The notes under the pieces were generated by a model, which was given only the letters and a program-made list of their open reading frames with translations, did no database searches and was not told the DNA's origin. The translations under genes and the position numbers were made by a program. This document shows positions 10,899 through 20,638 of a stretch of DNA of 59,163 bases, piece by piece. Every line of letters begins with the position of its first letter. The first letter of the stretch is position 1. This DNA comes from Bacillota bacterium (GTDB taxonomy: Bacteria > Bacillota > UBA4882 > UBA8346): NCBI GenBank assembly GCA_023415375.1, contig JAEZKW010000104.1, forward strand, positions 1-59,163, written 5' to 3'.

Positions 10899-11010
10899 TT
10901 TCTTATCTCCCTTAATTCAATTGTACCAAAGTCAATAACTTCTTTATCGAGTTTCTCCTTTTCAAATATGGCTTTTTCCGTATTGCATGAAGCACTAATG
11001 ATCAAAGAAA

Positions 11011-11613
11011 CTATTCTTTTACCAAAGTCACGTCATCAACATGGAAAGTGATACCGTTATTGCCCGAACCGCCCCAGTTGATCATGAAGTTTACCGTAGT
11101 TGGTGAAGATACGGTAAACGAACCGCTGTCAAAAGTTTGTACTGACGTCGTCGTGGAGGCTTTTACACCACCAACATAAACATAGGTAGCCGTTTGTACT
11201 AATGCTTGAATGGAACCGGCAGCGTCTGAAGAAGCTTTTAAGGTAATCCGGTAATTGCCCGGCGCTAAATCGAGTGGTACTACGTATTGAGCTTGAAGAA
11301 ACCAGTTATTGGTGGTGTCTGCAGCAGGTCCGTTTGTGACGGCATGAAGCTCGAGGCAGTTTCCGGTAAATCCGGTTATCCCGGAAACCCGTGTTATCGT
11401 GCCTCCAGAGGTAGAACTATCGGCAAAGAGGTTCCAGGTGCCGGTTAAATCCGCTTCAAAGTCGCCGTTTGTCAGTAAATTAGTGACATTTTGACTCGGG
11501 CTCGGACTGGTGTTCTGACTTGACGACGACGACCCGCATCCCCCAATTGCTAAAACCATTACTACGATAACCAATCCAATCAACCAAGAAATTTGTAATC
11601 TTTTCATTTTCAT
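11011..11613 (-). CDS. lipoprotein consisting of a single CBM4_9-like module
   Basis: Lipobox LAIGGC, a Ser-rich linker, NLLTNGDFEADLTGTW and a terminal HVDDVTLVK fit the CBM_4_9 pattern. ATG 11613 is preceded by AGGAGAGG; the track start 11682 is an extension. Confidence 0.6.
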   Translation of the reverse strand: MKMKRLQISWLIGLVIVVMVLAIGGCGSSSSSQNTSPSPSQNVTNLLTNGDFEADLTGTWNLFADSSTSGGTITRVSGITGFTGNCLELHAVTNGPAADTTNNWFLQAQYVVPLDLAPGNYRITLKASSDAAGSIQALVQTATYVYVGGVKASTTTSVQTFDSGSFTVSSPTTVNFMINWGGSGNNGITFHVDDVTLVKE

Positions 11614-11935
11614 TTCACCTCTCCTTTGTGATGTCATGCGCGAATCTATTAGTTTTTTGAAATACCCTTCCCCGATTCCCACCCCTTTTCATTTGAAGGA
11701 AACTTTTCCGTCGTTAACCTGATAGTAACATTACAACTCGTCTCTAATCCACGGACAACGATATCTAAAATCAGGACAAATCGATCCTTATGTTAAACGG
11801 ATCCCAGTTTTATCCAAATACTTCGCAACACCACAAGATTTTCTGGATTTTAGCACATCTTTACGGTATACCGGAAGACAACCCGTTATTATAATAAAGG
11901 TAGATTGATGTATCGAATACTAAGGAGCATTGCAA

Positions 11936-14923
11936 ATGATAACAGAATTAGTGACACGGGATCTACAAACTTCACCTGACCAGCTTTTGTGGAAAATATT
12001 CTCCTCTGTCCTCCGGGAAGATTGGGTGGTCGACGCAATATTTACCGACAGCAGGATGGATCGGGTGATTGGTATCGCCAATATAAAGCGCAAAATGCCA
12101 ATCGTGCTTGAAATAATCAATAATTACAATGTAAATTCTTACCTTAATTCAATATTGAAAAATGAGGCTTCCGTCCTGATTGTTCCAAACGATTCCAGGA
12201 CCATGATATCTATTTTTACTTTCAAGGACGACGTGAAGGAAATTACAGAAATCCCCACCCCTGTTAAAGCTACAGTGCTGTTGCTTTTATCCAAAGCTGC
12301 TACTTGGTGTGGATATCTCAATGAACGGGGGGAGCATGTAATTGACTTGCGTTCTCCTTTACCCGGACCGCATTTTGGCGTCAACCTGTTGTTGGGGAAC
12401 CGAATTGGTTTTCCCCATGCCTTGCAAACAACGCCCAAGAGTGTCGTCGATAGCTTGGGTAGGGGCAGTTTCCGGTCCCATGCCGCCACACAGGTGTTGG
12501 CGACCCGTTGGGACCTGCGCCAGGAGGAAAACGGGTTTCCGGCCAACCGCCAGTTTTATTTAGTCGAAAAAGGCCGAAAAATCTTTTATTCAGCCGATCC
12601 CGTCCACGAAAACCTGAAATCAGCGGTCTGTACCCATTCCCAAAATAAAACCGTCATCTGCTATCAGACATCTTGCGGGCTGGAGATTGAACGGACGATA
12701 TTCTTACTTCCTCAGGAAGAGGGGTTTCCTATGGCGGTTGAAGCGCAACGCATTATCATCCGCAATTCAGGAAATCAGCCCAGAGAGCTGAAGCTGGTTT
12801 ATACCGGCATGTTCGGACCCGCTTACCCCAATGCCATGCAGGAAGATGTATTATATACCAATATTATTATGCAATCGAAGTTGCTTCGGAATGATGATGG
12901 TTCCATCAAAGCCGCAAGCGTGGCGTATCGCCCAGAGGGGGCCGGATTGGATTTGCGTTTTCACTCCATGTTGGTCCATCATGGGGACTGCGTAACCTTC
13001 CCGCGGGAGTATTGTTTTAACTACAATGAATTTGTCGGGAACGGCACCCTAGAAAACCCCGCCGGACTTTGCCAATTAAGCAACCAACTTTGCCGGAAAG
13101 GGCCCGGCTTTTTTGCCCTGGCCGCTCCGGTATTCCTGCTCCCCGGCAAGGAATGCCAATGCCATAACTTTACCGGGGTGGTTTCCCAAAAAGTCAACCC
13201 GCAATTTAATGACAATACCTTTCAGGAAGAAATCGAAAACCTGATCCGCAAGTATGCCAAGCCGGGGGTAATAGCCGAAACCATCGCTGCAAACGACCGT
13301 TTTTATCAAAAATACCGCGACTTTCTGCAGGTCAAGACATCCGACGAATCTTTCAATCAATATTTCAATATGAACCTGCCGTTTCAGGTGTTATACCAGA
13401 CCTTTGTCTCTCGGTCATTCTGCCAGACCCAAAAAGGTTACCGGGAGATCGGCTTCCGGGAGATTCAAGACATTTATGCCACCATGTATTACTTTGTCGG
13501 TATGGGAAAGCCGGAGTTTGTAAAAGAACTGCTCAAAGAATGGTGTAGCAAAATTTTTGAGTTTGGTTACGCCTATCATAACTTTTTCTGGGCGGGCAAG
13601 GAGGCGGGGAAATGGTCTGATGACGCACTCTGGTTCATTCAGGCCCTTTCCCGTTACATCAATCTCACCGACGATTTAGGGTTTCTTGATGAAGAATGCG
13701 AAATAGCGGGAACCGACCCCGTCGGGACCCGGTCCGTCTATGAAACGGTCAAGGCCGTCCTCAGGTACTCGGGAGAGATTTCCATTGGAAAACACGGGAT
13801 GCCGCTATTGGATTTTGCCGATTGGAACGACTGTTTAAAACTGGATCAAGACTTCATCAACGGGATCGTAAAAGAGAAACGGTATCAGGAACAGATTGCC
13901 CTAGGAGGGACATTTGGCCAGCCGTTCGAGAGCGATTATTCCGAAAGCGTCATGAATGCCTTTCTGCTCAAACTGGCCATTGACGAAACAGTAGTTTTTG
14001 CCGGAAAAAAAGGCGATACCGCGTATGCCGACAAGTTAAAGCGGTTATCCGGGCAATTATATGCCAATCTCCAGACCCACGCCTGGCGGGAAAACTTTTT
14101 TGCCCGGGTTATGTTTAATCGATATAAAAACAATGAATTTAGCTATTTGGGGTCCAAGGGGGATGGGTTGTCGGCCGATCCGGCGATTGACGGCGTGTAT
14201 TTCCTGAACTCATTCAATTGGGCCATTCTCTCGGACTCGGCCGGAGAGGAACAAATAGAGATCATGGTGGATACTATCGAAAAGACGTTAAAAACCCCAT
14301 TCGGACTCAAACTGGTTTCCCCGGCCGCTCTTGGCAAAGTGGCCCAAGGGACGGCAACCGGTGAGTATTTCCCCGGTGACCGTGAAAACGGGGGAGTATT
14401 CAAACATGCTTGCATGATGGCGACCGCGGCGATGTTTAAGGCTGCCAAACAGGTAACAAATCACGCGTTGGCGGAAAAACTAACCCGTCTCGCCTACTGG
14501 ATGATCGATCTGGTTCTGCCGTATAAGACGATGAATGATCCTTTTGTAATCTGCGGTAACCCCCGTTTTTGCACTCAATATAACAACAGTGAGACCGGAG
14601 AGAATACCGGCCCGATGCTTAGCGGCACTTCCACCTGGCTGACTCTCTCCTTACTCGCCGCCTTCGGTATCGAATATACCAGCCGGGGAATTGAAATTAA
14701 CCCCATCCTGAGAGCGGACGCAGAATTGTTGGAATATACCCTGAATACCGGAAAAACTATTTATCAGGTTTCCATTCAAAAACCACTTGGTTTTTACCGG
14801 TTGGCCGATGGTAATGTTTCACTTGAAATCGATGGCCTGAAAGTCCACGGCAAACAAGCGCCCAGCGTCTTGCCGTTATTGGAAGACGGCCAAGTGCATA
14901 AGGTCATACTGGTTTTATCGTGA
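11936..14923 (+). CDS. GH94-clan (GH94/GH149/GH161-like) beta-glucan/oligoglucan phosphorylase with N-terminal extension
   Basis: NRQFYLVEKG, GYREIGFREIQD and the catalytic-Asp motif FADWNDCL are present. There is no signal peptide. ATG 11936 lies 8 nt after AAGGAG. Confidence 0.78.
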   Translation: MITELVTRDLQTSPDQLLWKIFSSVLREDWVVDAIFTDSRMDRVIGIANIKRKMPIVLEIINNYNVNSYLNSILKNEASVLIVPNDSRTMISIFTFKDDVKEITEIPTPVKATVLLLLSKAATWCGYLNERGEHVIDLRSPLPGPHFGVNLLLGNRIGFPHALQTTPKSVVDSLGRGSFRSHAATQVLATRWDLRQEENGFPANRQFYLVEKGRKIFYSADPVHENLKSAVCTHSQNKTVICYQTSCGLEIERTIFLLPQEEGFPMAVEAQRIIIRNSGNQPRELKLVYTGMFGPAYPNAMQEDVLYTNIIMQSKLLRNDDGSIKAASVAYRPEGAGLDLRFHSMLVHHGDCVTFPREYCFNYNEFVGNGTLENPAGLCQLSNQLCRKGPGFFALAAPVFLLPGKECQCHNFTGVVSQKVNPQFNDNTFQEEIENLIRKYAKPGVIAETIAANDRFYQKYRDFLQVKTSDESFNQYFNMNLPFQVLYQTFVSRSFCQTQKGYREIGFREIQDIYATMYYFVGMGKPEFVKELLKEWCSKIFEFGYAYHNFFWAGKEAGKWSDDALWFIQALSRYINLTDDLGFLDEECEIAGTDPVGTRSVYETVKAVLRYSGEISIGKHGMPLLDFADWNDCLKLDQDFINGIVKEKRYQEQIALGGTFGQPFESDYSESVMNAFLLKLAIDETVVFAGKKGDTAYADKLKRLSGQLYANLQTHAWRENFFARVMFNRYKNNEFSYLGSKGDGLSADPAIDGVYFLNSFNWAILSDSAGEEQIEIMVDTIEKTLKTPFGLKLVSPAALGKVAQGTATGEYFPGDRENGGVFKHACMMATAAMFKAAKQVTNHALAEKLTRLAYWMIDLVLPYKTMNDPFVICGNPRFCTQYNNSETGENTGPMLSGTSTWLTLSLLAAFGIEYTSRGIEINPILRADAELLEYTLNTGKTIYQVSIQKPLGFYRLADGNVSLEIDGLKVHGKQAPSVLPLLEDGQVHKVILVLS

Positions 14924-15016
14924 AAATTGAAAGTAAATTCTCCTTATTCCCATTAGATTCGAAATGAATGATAAACCGGATTGAAGTCTATAACTTTTTG
15001 ATAAGGAGTTGTTCCG

Positions 15017-17266
15017 ATGAATCAAAAAAATAACATCCGTTGCCTTCCACTTGTTTTTTTAATTTTAAACCTTTTCATTTTGACATTCGCCTTACCTGCC
15101 CCGAGGGCGTTCGCCGCAATGGACACCAAGGTAGGCTTCGCCATTCCGGCAGTTGCGTGGAAGCGCGATATTGCTGGGTTCGGGTATAAGGATGGGGCTC
15201 CGATTGGCGGATTTGGTTCCGGCAGTTTCACCTGGAGGTACGATGGTAAATTTTATCCCCGGTTATACCCCGGAGTCAACGGAATATTGACTGATGACAA
15301 TTGCGGTTTTTACATGTTTCAAAAACCGGAAAACGGCAAGCCTATTGCCACTCAATTGACTGCCGAAGAACTCGGACCCAACCAGGCGACTTATTTCGCC
15401 CTTTACCCGAAGGCTTGGGTCGACTATTATGGCAAAGCTTTTCTGTGCAAAGCTGCTGTGACCCAGTTTAGTCCGGTTATTGCCAATGAATATCAACGGA
15501 CCAGCTATCCGGTTGGAGTTTATAAATGGGCACTTTCCAACCCCACCTCAAAAACCTGTGAGGTTAGCGTGATGCTCACTTGGCATAATCCGAGCGGCAG
15601 TTTTGCGGAAACCGTGAAGTCGGGCAATAAGACCGGCTTGATTTTACGCCGAGAAGGCTCCGCTCCGGCTACCAAAGAATATGAATTGGAGATGACTTTG
15701 GCAAGCGAAAACAGTGATAATGTACGGGTCTCCTACGCATCTGCTTCCAGTCTGGATGAGCTGAGGGACGATTTTGACAAAGCCGGTGGGTTGAATAACC
15801 GTGTCGGCGCCGATCAAATCGGTGGCCTTGCCGTGGCGGTCAAGCTCGCGCCGGGCCAATCGGTTATCGTCCCGATCGTGATAACCTGGGATATGCCGAT
15901 TTCTTTCGACTCATACGATAACCCTTGTCAATGGTATAAACGGTATACCCGGTTTTTTGGACGAACGGGTTTGAATTCCTGGAAAATCGCGGAAGAAGCC
16001 TTATCCGACTATCCCGAGTGGGAGGAAGCGATTGATCGTTGGCAAACCGGGGTACTCGCCAACCCCCGCTATCCGGATTGGTTGAAACAGTCGTTATTCA
16101 ACGAATTGTATGATCTGGTCGTCGGCGGGACGGTCTGGGAGACTGGAGCGGCTTCGGGCCAGGCTGATAATCCGGATGAAGATATGTTCAGCCACCTGGA
16201 GAGTTTCCAATACCCCTTTTACGGTACTTCCGATGTGCGCTTTTACGGATCTTGGGCTTTAATGCAAAACTGGCCGGATATAGATAAGCAATGTGTCCGC
16301 CAGTTCAGTGACAGTATCACGACCAACCGCAAGGACCGCCCCGCCACCTTGGGAACCTGCGCCCATGATTTCGGCGACCCGAAAAGCGTGTTCACCAAAT
16401 GGAACGCCTACACCTTCCGTGACACCCTCGACTGGAAGGACCTCAACTCTAAGTTTGTCCTCATGGTCTACCGGGATTGGGCCTTAACGGGGGAGAAGGA
16501 CGAGACTTTTCTGAAGTATTGCTGGCCATCGGTAAAAATGGCCATGGCCAAGGTCCATAGCCAGGATACGGACGGGGACGGCTTGCCCAACAGCAACGGT
16601 GCGGATCAAACTTACGATGATATGGACCTGTACGGGAACACCGCCTATTGTGGCGGGTTATTCCTCGCTGCCTGTCAGGCCGCAGCGAAGCTGGCCGGGA
16701 TCATGGGTGACCAAGAGTTGGCCAAAACCTATCAGTCCTGGTTGACCCTAGGCCAACAAAATTACGAAAACAAACTTTGGACAGGCAGTTATTACAAAAT
16801 CGATACCGGCAGCAGCGCGGCCAATAACCTCCGGATTATGGCGGATCAGTTGTGCGGGCAATGGTACGCCAAAGCCTGCGGTTTACCGGGAATCGTCTCC
16901 GATGATCATGCCGTGAAAGCCTACCGGACGATATATGAAAATAACTTTAAGAAATTCAACGCCGGAAAAATGGGTCCGGTAAACGTAATATACCCCAATG
17001 GCAAACTGGATGCTTTGCTCCTCCAAACCCATGAAGTCTGGACCGGGGTGGCCTGGTCGGTTTCGGCTGGAATGCTGCAGCAAGGCATGGAAAAAGAGGC
17101 TGAAGAATTGGGGTATAGTGTCTATAATACGATTTGGAACACCAATGCCCTCTGGTTCCGGACCCCCGAAGCCTGGTGCGCCGATGGAACAATCCGGGCC
17201 CCGTATTATATGCGGGCCACTGCTATTTGGGCTTTGAAACATGCATATGATATCGGGACGAGATAA
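15017..17266 (+). CDS. secreted GH116-like (DUF608/GBA2-type) beta-glucosidase
   Basis: There is a signal peptide (AFA/AM). The N-domain motifs are PIGGFGSGSF..RYDGKF and YPKAW..QFSPVI. The catalytic-region motifs are HLESFQYPFYGTSDVRFYGSWAL and ADQTYDDMDLYGNTAYCGGLFLAA. Confidence 0.72.
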   Translation: MNQKNNIRCLPLVFLILNLFILTFALPAPRAFAAMDTKVGFAIPAVAWKRDIAGFGYKDGAPIGGFGSGSFTWRYDGKFYPRLYPGVNGILTDDNCGFYMFQKPENGKPIATQLTAEELGPNQATYFALYPKAWVDYYGKAFLCKAAVTQFSPVIANEYQRTSYPVGVYKWALSNPTSKTCEVSVMLTWHNPSGSFAETVKSGNKTGLILRREGSAPATKEYELEMTLASENSDNVRVSYASASSLDELRDDFDKAGGLNNRVGADQIGGLAVAVKLAPGQSVIVPIVITWDMPISFDSYDNPCQWYKRYTRFFGRTGLNSWKIAEEALSDYPEWEEAIDRWQTGVLANPRYPDWLKQSLFNELYDLVVGGTVWETGAASGQADNPDEDMFSHLESFQYPFYGTSDVRFYGSWALMQNWPDIDKQCVRQFSDSITTNRKDRPATLGTCAHDFGDPKSVFTKWNAYTFRDTLDWKDLNSKFVLMVYRDWALTGEKDETFLKYCWPSVKMAMAKVHSQDTDGDGLPNSNGADQTYDDMDLYGNTAYCGGLFLAACQAAAKLAGIMGDQELAKTYQSWLTLGQQNYENKLWTGSYYKIDTGSSAANNLRIMADQLCGQWYAKACGLPGIVSDDHAVKAYRTIYENNFKKFNAGKMGPVNVIYPNGKLDALLLQTHEVWTGVAWSVSAGMLQQGMEKEAEELGYSVYNTIWNTNALWFRTPEAWCADGTIRAPYYMRATAIWALKHAYDIGTR

Positions 17267-17303
17267 AACTAATACAATTTTCATAATAAGGAGGCAAATG
17301 TAA

Positions 17304-18140
17304 ATGTTTGCTGCAAATGGACAAATTATTCTGATCATTGCCGCGCTTTGTTTAGTTATCCTGGCTGTCATTCCGTTGCCGATTTATGCCCAGGTGAACG
17401 CGGCGTCCCCGGCCCCGCCCCAATGGAAACTGGTCTGGAGCGACGAGTTTAACGGCCCGAACGGTTCCCCTGTCGACTCCACGAAATGGGAGTATGATCT
17501 CGGCGGTTGGGGTTGGGGCAATGAAGAGGCTGAGTGCTACACCGACCGGACCAAGAACGTCTATCAAGAAAACGGCTTTCTGGTCATTGAAGCCCTCCGG
17601 GAAAATTATGAAGACCGGGAATACACTTCCGGCCGTATTAAAACCAAGGGTAGGTTTGAGCCGCTATATGGCAGAATTGAGGCCCGGATCAAATTGCCTT
17701 CCGGACAAGGAATATGGCCGGCATTCTGGATGTTGGGCAACGACATTGACACCAACAACTGGCCTAACTGCGGCGAGATTGATATCATGGAAAATCTCGG
17801 CCGGGAACCCGAGATCATCCATGGCACAATCCACGGGCCGGGATACTCCGGCGCTGGTGGACCGACCAATTTGCTTCAAACCAAAAATAAGAAAATGTCC
17901 GATGACTTCCATGTTTACGCTATCGAATGGGAGCCTAACCAGATCCGATGGTATTTTGATGACAAGTGTTATTTCACCATGGAACCCGGTGATATTTTGG
18001 ATAAATGGGTCTTTGATCACCCGTTTTTTATCCTGCTGAATGTGGCGGTCGGCGGGACCTGGCCCGGTTACCCTGATGAAAAAACGGTTTTCCCCCAAAA
18101 GATGCTGGTTGACTATGTCCGGGTGTATCAAAAACAGTAA
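17304..18140 (+). CDS. GH16 laminarinase-type endo-beta-1,3-glucanase, secreted
   Basis: There is a signal peptide. WPAFWMLG and GEIDIMENLG are typical of GH16 laminarinases. RBS AAGGAGG. Confidence 0.88.
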   Translation: MFAANGQIILIIAALCLVILAVIPLPIYAQVNAASPAPPQWKLVWSDEFNGPNGSPVDSTKWEYDLGGWGWGNEEAECYTDRTKNVYQENGFLVIEALRENYEDREYTSGRIKTKGRFEPLYGRIEARIKLPSGQGIWPAFWMLGNDIDTNNWPNCGEIDIMENLGREPEIIHGTIHGPGYSGAGGPTNLLQTKNKKMSDDFHVYAIEWEPNQIRWYFDDKCYFTMEPGDILDKWVFDHPFFILLNVAVGGTWPGYPDEKTVFPQKMLVDYVRVYQKQ

Positions 18141-18199
18141 TAATATTCACGGGCTGCTAATTGGAGATTAGTGATAAAAATTGAAGGAGGTTTCGAGAA

Positions 18200-18967
18200 A
18201 TGAACGAACGGATAAAACGGTTAAAAATCGGGTTAGTTGTAATGGCGTTTTTTATGGTGGCTGTACTGCCAGCAGGATTTTGCAGCGATAACGGGCAGGA
18301 AAGTCCGCAACTGACGATTGGAAATTCCTTCTTTTTCGACTTTAAAGAGGAAGGAGACCCCCTGTGGTCTGCTTCGAGCGGATGGAGCAACGGCAATATG
18401 TTCCGGGTCGGTTGGATGGCGGACCATGCCGTGGTGGACAAGGGTTTCTTGACGCTAACCCTTGATAACCAAGCGAGTTGCGATCAACCGTTCACCTCAG
18501 GCGAGTACCGCACCGAACAGTTTTATCATTACGGGACTTTTGAAGTCCGGATGAAAGCCGCGAAACAAAAAGGTATCGTCTCTTCCTTCTTTACCTATAC
18601 CGGGCCTTATGACGGGCAGCCCTGGGATGAGATTGATATCGAGTTTTTAGGCAGGGACACGACCATTGTCCAGTTCAACTATTTCACCAACGGTCATGGT
18701 AATCACGAGTATATTGATGACTTGGGGTTTGACGCTTCGGAAGATTTTCATGACTATAAGATCGTCTGGAGCAAGGAAAAGATCGACTGGTATGTTGACG
18801 GGGTTTTGAAGCATACCGCCACCGAGGATATCCCGACCCATCCGCAAAGGATTATGATGAACCTCTGGGCCGGAACCGGGGTGGACAATTGGCTTGCGCC
18901 TTTCAAATATACCGGTCCGCTTCATGCTATGTATGACTGGATGAGGTATACCAAGGAAAAGAAATGA
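18200..18967 (+). CDS. GH16 licheninase-type beta-1,3-1,4-glucanase (second copy), secreted
   Basis: WDEIDIEFLGRDTTIVQFNYFTNG is present. It is a protein-level paralogue of 9383..10159, but the DNA is clearly diverged. RBS GAAGGAGG. Confidence 0.9.
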   Translation: MNERIKRLKIGLVVMAFFMVAVLPAGFCSDNGQESPQLTIGNSFFFDFKEEGDPLWSASSGWSNGNMFRVGWMADHAVVDKGFLTLTLDNQASCDQPFTSGEYRTEQFYHYGTFEVRMKAAKQKGIVSSFFTYTGPYDGQPWDEIDIEFLGRDTTIVQFNYFTNGHGNHEYIDDLGFDASEDFHDYKIVWSKEKIDWYVDGVLKHTATEDIPTHPQRIMMNLWAGTGVDNWLAPFKYTGPLHAMYDWMRYTKEKK

Positions 18968-18968
18968 A

Positions 18969-18993
18969 CCGGTTAACAACCGGCTTATTTCTT
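18969..18993. terminator. short hairpin between convergent genes
   Basis: CCGGTT-AAC-AACCGG (6-bp stem) is followed by CTTATTTCTT. It lies between the stops at 18967 (+) and 19000 (-). Confidence 0.4.
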
Positions 18994-18999
18994 ACCACA

Positions 19000-20598
19000 T
19001 CACACCTTCTTATAATTCGTCGGAGTGACATTAAAGTATTGGCGGAAGACCCGACCGAAATAGGCGGGGTCGGCATAACCCACGGCGATGGCCACCTCGT
19101 AGATTTTTTTCTCGCCGGATTCCAGCAGGGAACGGGCTACTTCCATCTTGCGCCGGGTCACGTACTCAGAAAAACTTTCGTTGGTCTGCTCCCGGAAAAG
19201 GCGGCTCAGATACGACGGACTCAGAAACACCGAGCGGGCCACCTGGGAGAGGGAGATGGTCTCCGTTAAATGATTATCAATGTATTCCTTCACCTGACGG
19301 ATACAACCCCGCAGCGAAGTGTGTGTCATCTTGCGAATCGTATGGCCTAATTGGCCGAACTGGGTTTCCCACCACTCAATCAGATGTTCGGGTGGTCCCG
19401 TCGGACCGCCCCGCATCAACAAAGCATATTCATCTTCCTCAAGCGCCTCATGGACCGTCAATCCGGCCCGTTGGGCAATTCGGGCCAGCGCGCCCGTCAG
19501 GATCCATCCCGTTTCCCGTTGCCATGGGTTCTGTTCGGACGGTTCTTTGCCCGCGGCAAATAATTGTTGCAATATTAAATGGATAGTTTCCGGCGATTGT
19601 CCGGTCTCCAAGCAAACGCTCAACCGTTCCTCGTCGCTCGGTAAAAGCGTTGGGACTTGCGTCTCCTTAGTGGAATGCGTGGCAATTGCTTCCACGCCCA
19701 AACTGGATTGGAGCCGTAACGCTTGTTTTGCTTGTTCGAACGAACGGGCCGCCTCGATAAGGCTCGGCGCTACCCCGCCGATACCGATCTGAAGAGCGCA
19801 AGGCAACTTCAACCGGGCCTCATCCAGAATATCACGGGCCAGACCATCAGCAATCTGAGACAGGTCCCCTCCTTGCGGATTCCCGAAAATAAGTCCTCCG
19901 ACCAGACCGCGTTCCAACCGGGTCGCTAAACCGGTTTTTGCAAGGGCGGTTGTGACCAGATTATAGATTGACAGCCAAATTAGCTGCCGTTCCTTTTCAT
20001 TATAGTTCAAATATAATCCGGCCTGATCTTCCACTTTACAAACCATTGCAGCGACAGATTGTCCCGGATCCAGCGGCAATTGGAGAAAGCCGAGGCGCTC
20101 TCTCAAGTCATTTTCCTCCAACTCGCCCTGAAACAACTCCCATAAGAACTGTTCCCGTAACAAAGGCTGACTGGCCTCTAACTGAAGCCGCATTTGCGCC
20201 TGGGCTTCGTCGTTGGCCCGTCTTTGGACCAGGATTTGGCATTCCTTAAGGACCGCCGCCAGGATTTCTTCACGGGGGGAGGGTTTCAAAATATACCCGG
20301 AAACGCCGATTTCCAAACAAGACTTGGCATAGGAGAATTCGTCATGGCCACTAATGACCAAAATCCGGGAATGGGGATAATGCGTCATCACCAACTTTGC
20401 CAGGTCAATGCCGTCCATCCCCGGCATTCGGATGTCAGTCAGAATAATTTCCGGCTTTTCTTCCTGAACAAAGCGCCAAGCATCCATCCCGTCCATTGCG
20501 GGGCCGACAATGCATATATCGTGATCTTCCCAGCATATTTCCTGTGCCAGCCACTCCCTTGACCCGGGCTCATCATCGGCTATCAATAACTTAAACAT
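19000..20598 (-). CDS. YesN-type response regulator (receiver + AraC-type HTH)
   Basis: The receiver is LLIADDEP...TDIRMPGMDG. The C-terminal AraC HTH is SLSQVARSVFLSPSYLSRLFRE...GYADPAYFGRVFRQ. Confidence 0.9.
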   Translation of the reverse strand: MFKLLIADDEPGSREWLAQEICWEDHDICIVGPAMDGMDAWRFVQEEKPEIILTDIRMPGMDGIDLAKLVMTHYPHSRILVISGHDEFSYAKSCLEIGVSGYILKPSPREEILAAVLKECQILVQRRANDEAQAQMRLQLEASQPLLREQFLWELFQGELEENDLRERLGFLQLPLDPGQSVAAMVCKVEDQAGLYLNYNEKERQLIWLSIYNLVTTALAKTGLATRLERGLVGGLIFGNPQGGDLSQIADGLARDILDEARLKLPCALQIGIGGVAPSLIEAARSFEQAKQALRLQSSLGVEAIATHSTKETQVPTLLPSDEERLSVCLETGQSPETIHLILQQLFAAGKEPSEQNPWQRETGWILTGALARIAQRAGLTVHEALEEDEYALLMRGGPTGPPEHLIEWWETQFGQLGHTIRKMTHTSLRGCIRQVKEYIDNHLTETISLSQVARSVFLSPSYLSRLFREQTNESFSEYVTRRKMEVARSLLESGEKKIYEVAIAVGYADPAYFGRVFRQYFNVTPTNYKKV

Positions 20599-20638
20599 AG
20601 GGGTGCCTCCTTGAGAAATTCTATTCTATTATTTATCC

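Noticed and set aside
9383-18967. I considered whether the two licheninase-type GH16 genes are a recent DNA duplication or an inverted repeat bounding a sub-element.
   Set aside because: The similarity is at protein-motif level only. The DNA around the EIDIEF motif differs at many third positions, so they are old paralogues and not a repeat structure.
15022-20562. Many 60-180-aa antisense or alternative-frame ORFs lie inside the island genes (for example 16883..17371, 17494..18039, 17664..18131, 19319..19792, 20194..20562).
   Set aside because: They lie within well-supported longer genes. Their composition is Arg/Pro/Gly-rich, as expected for off-frame translation of GC-richer DNA. They also lack RBSs.
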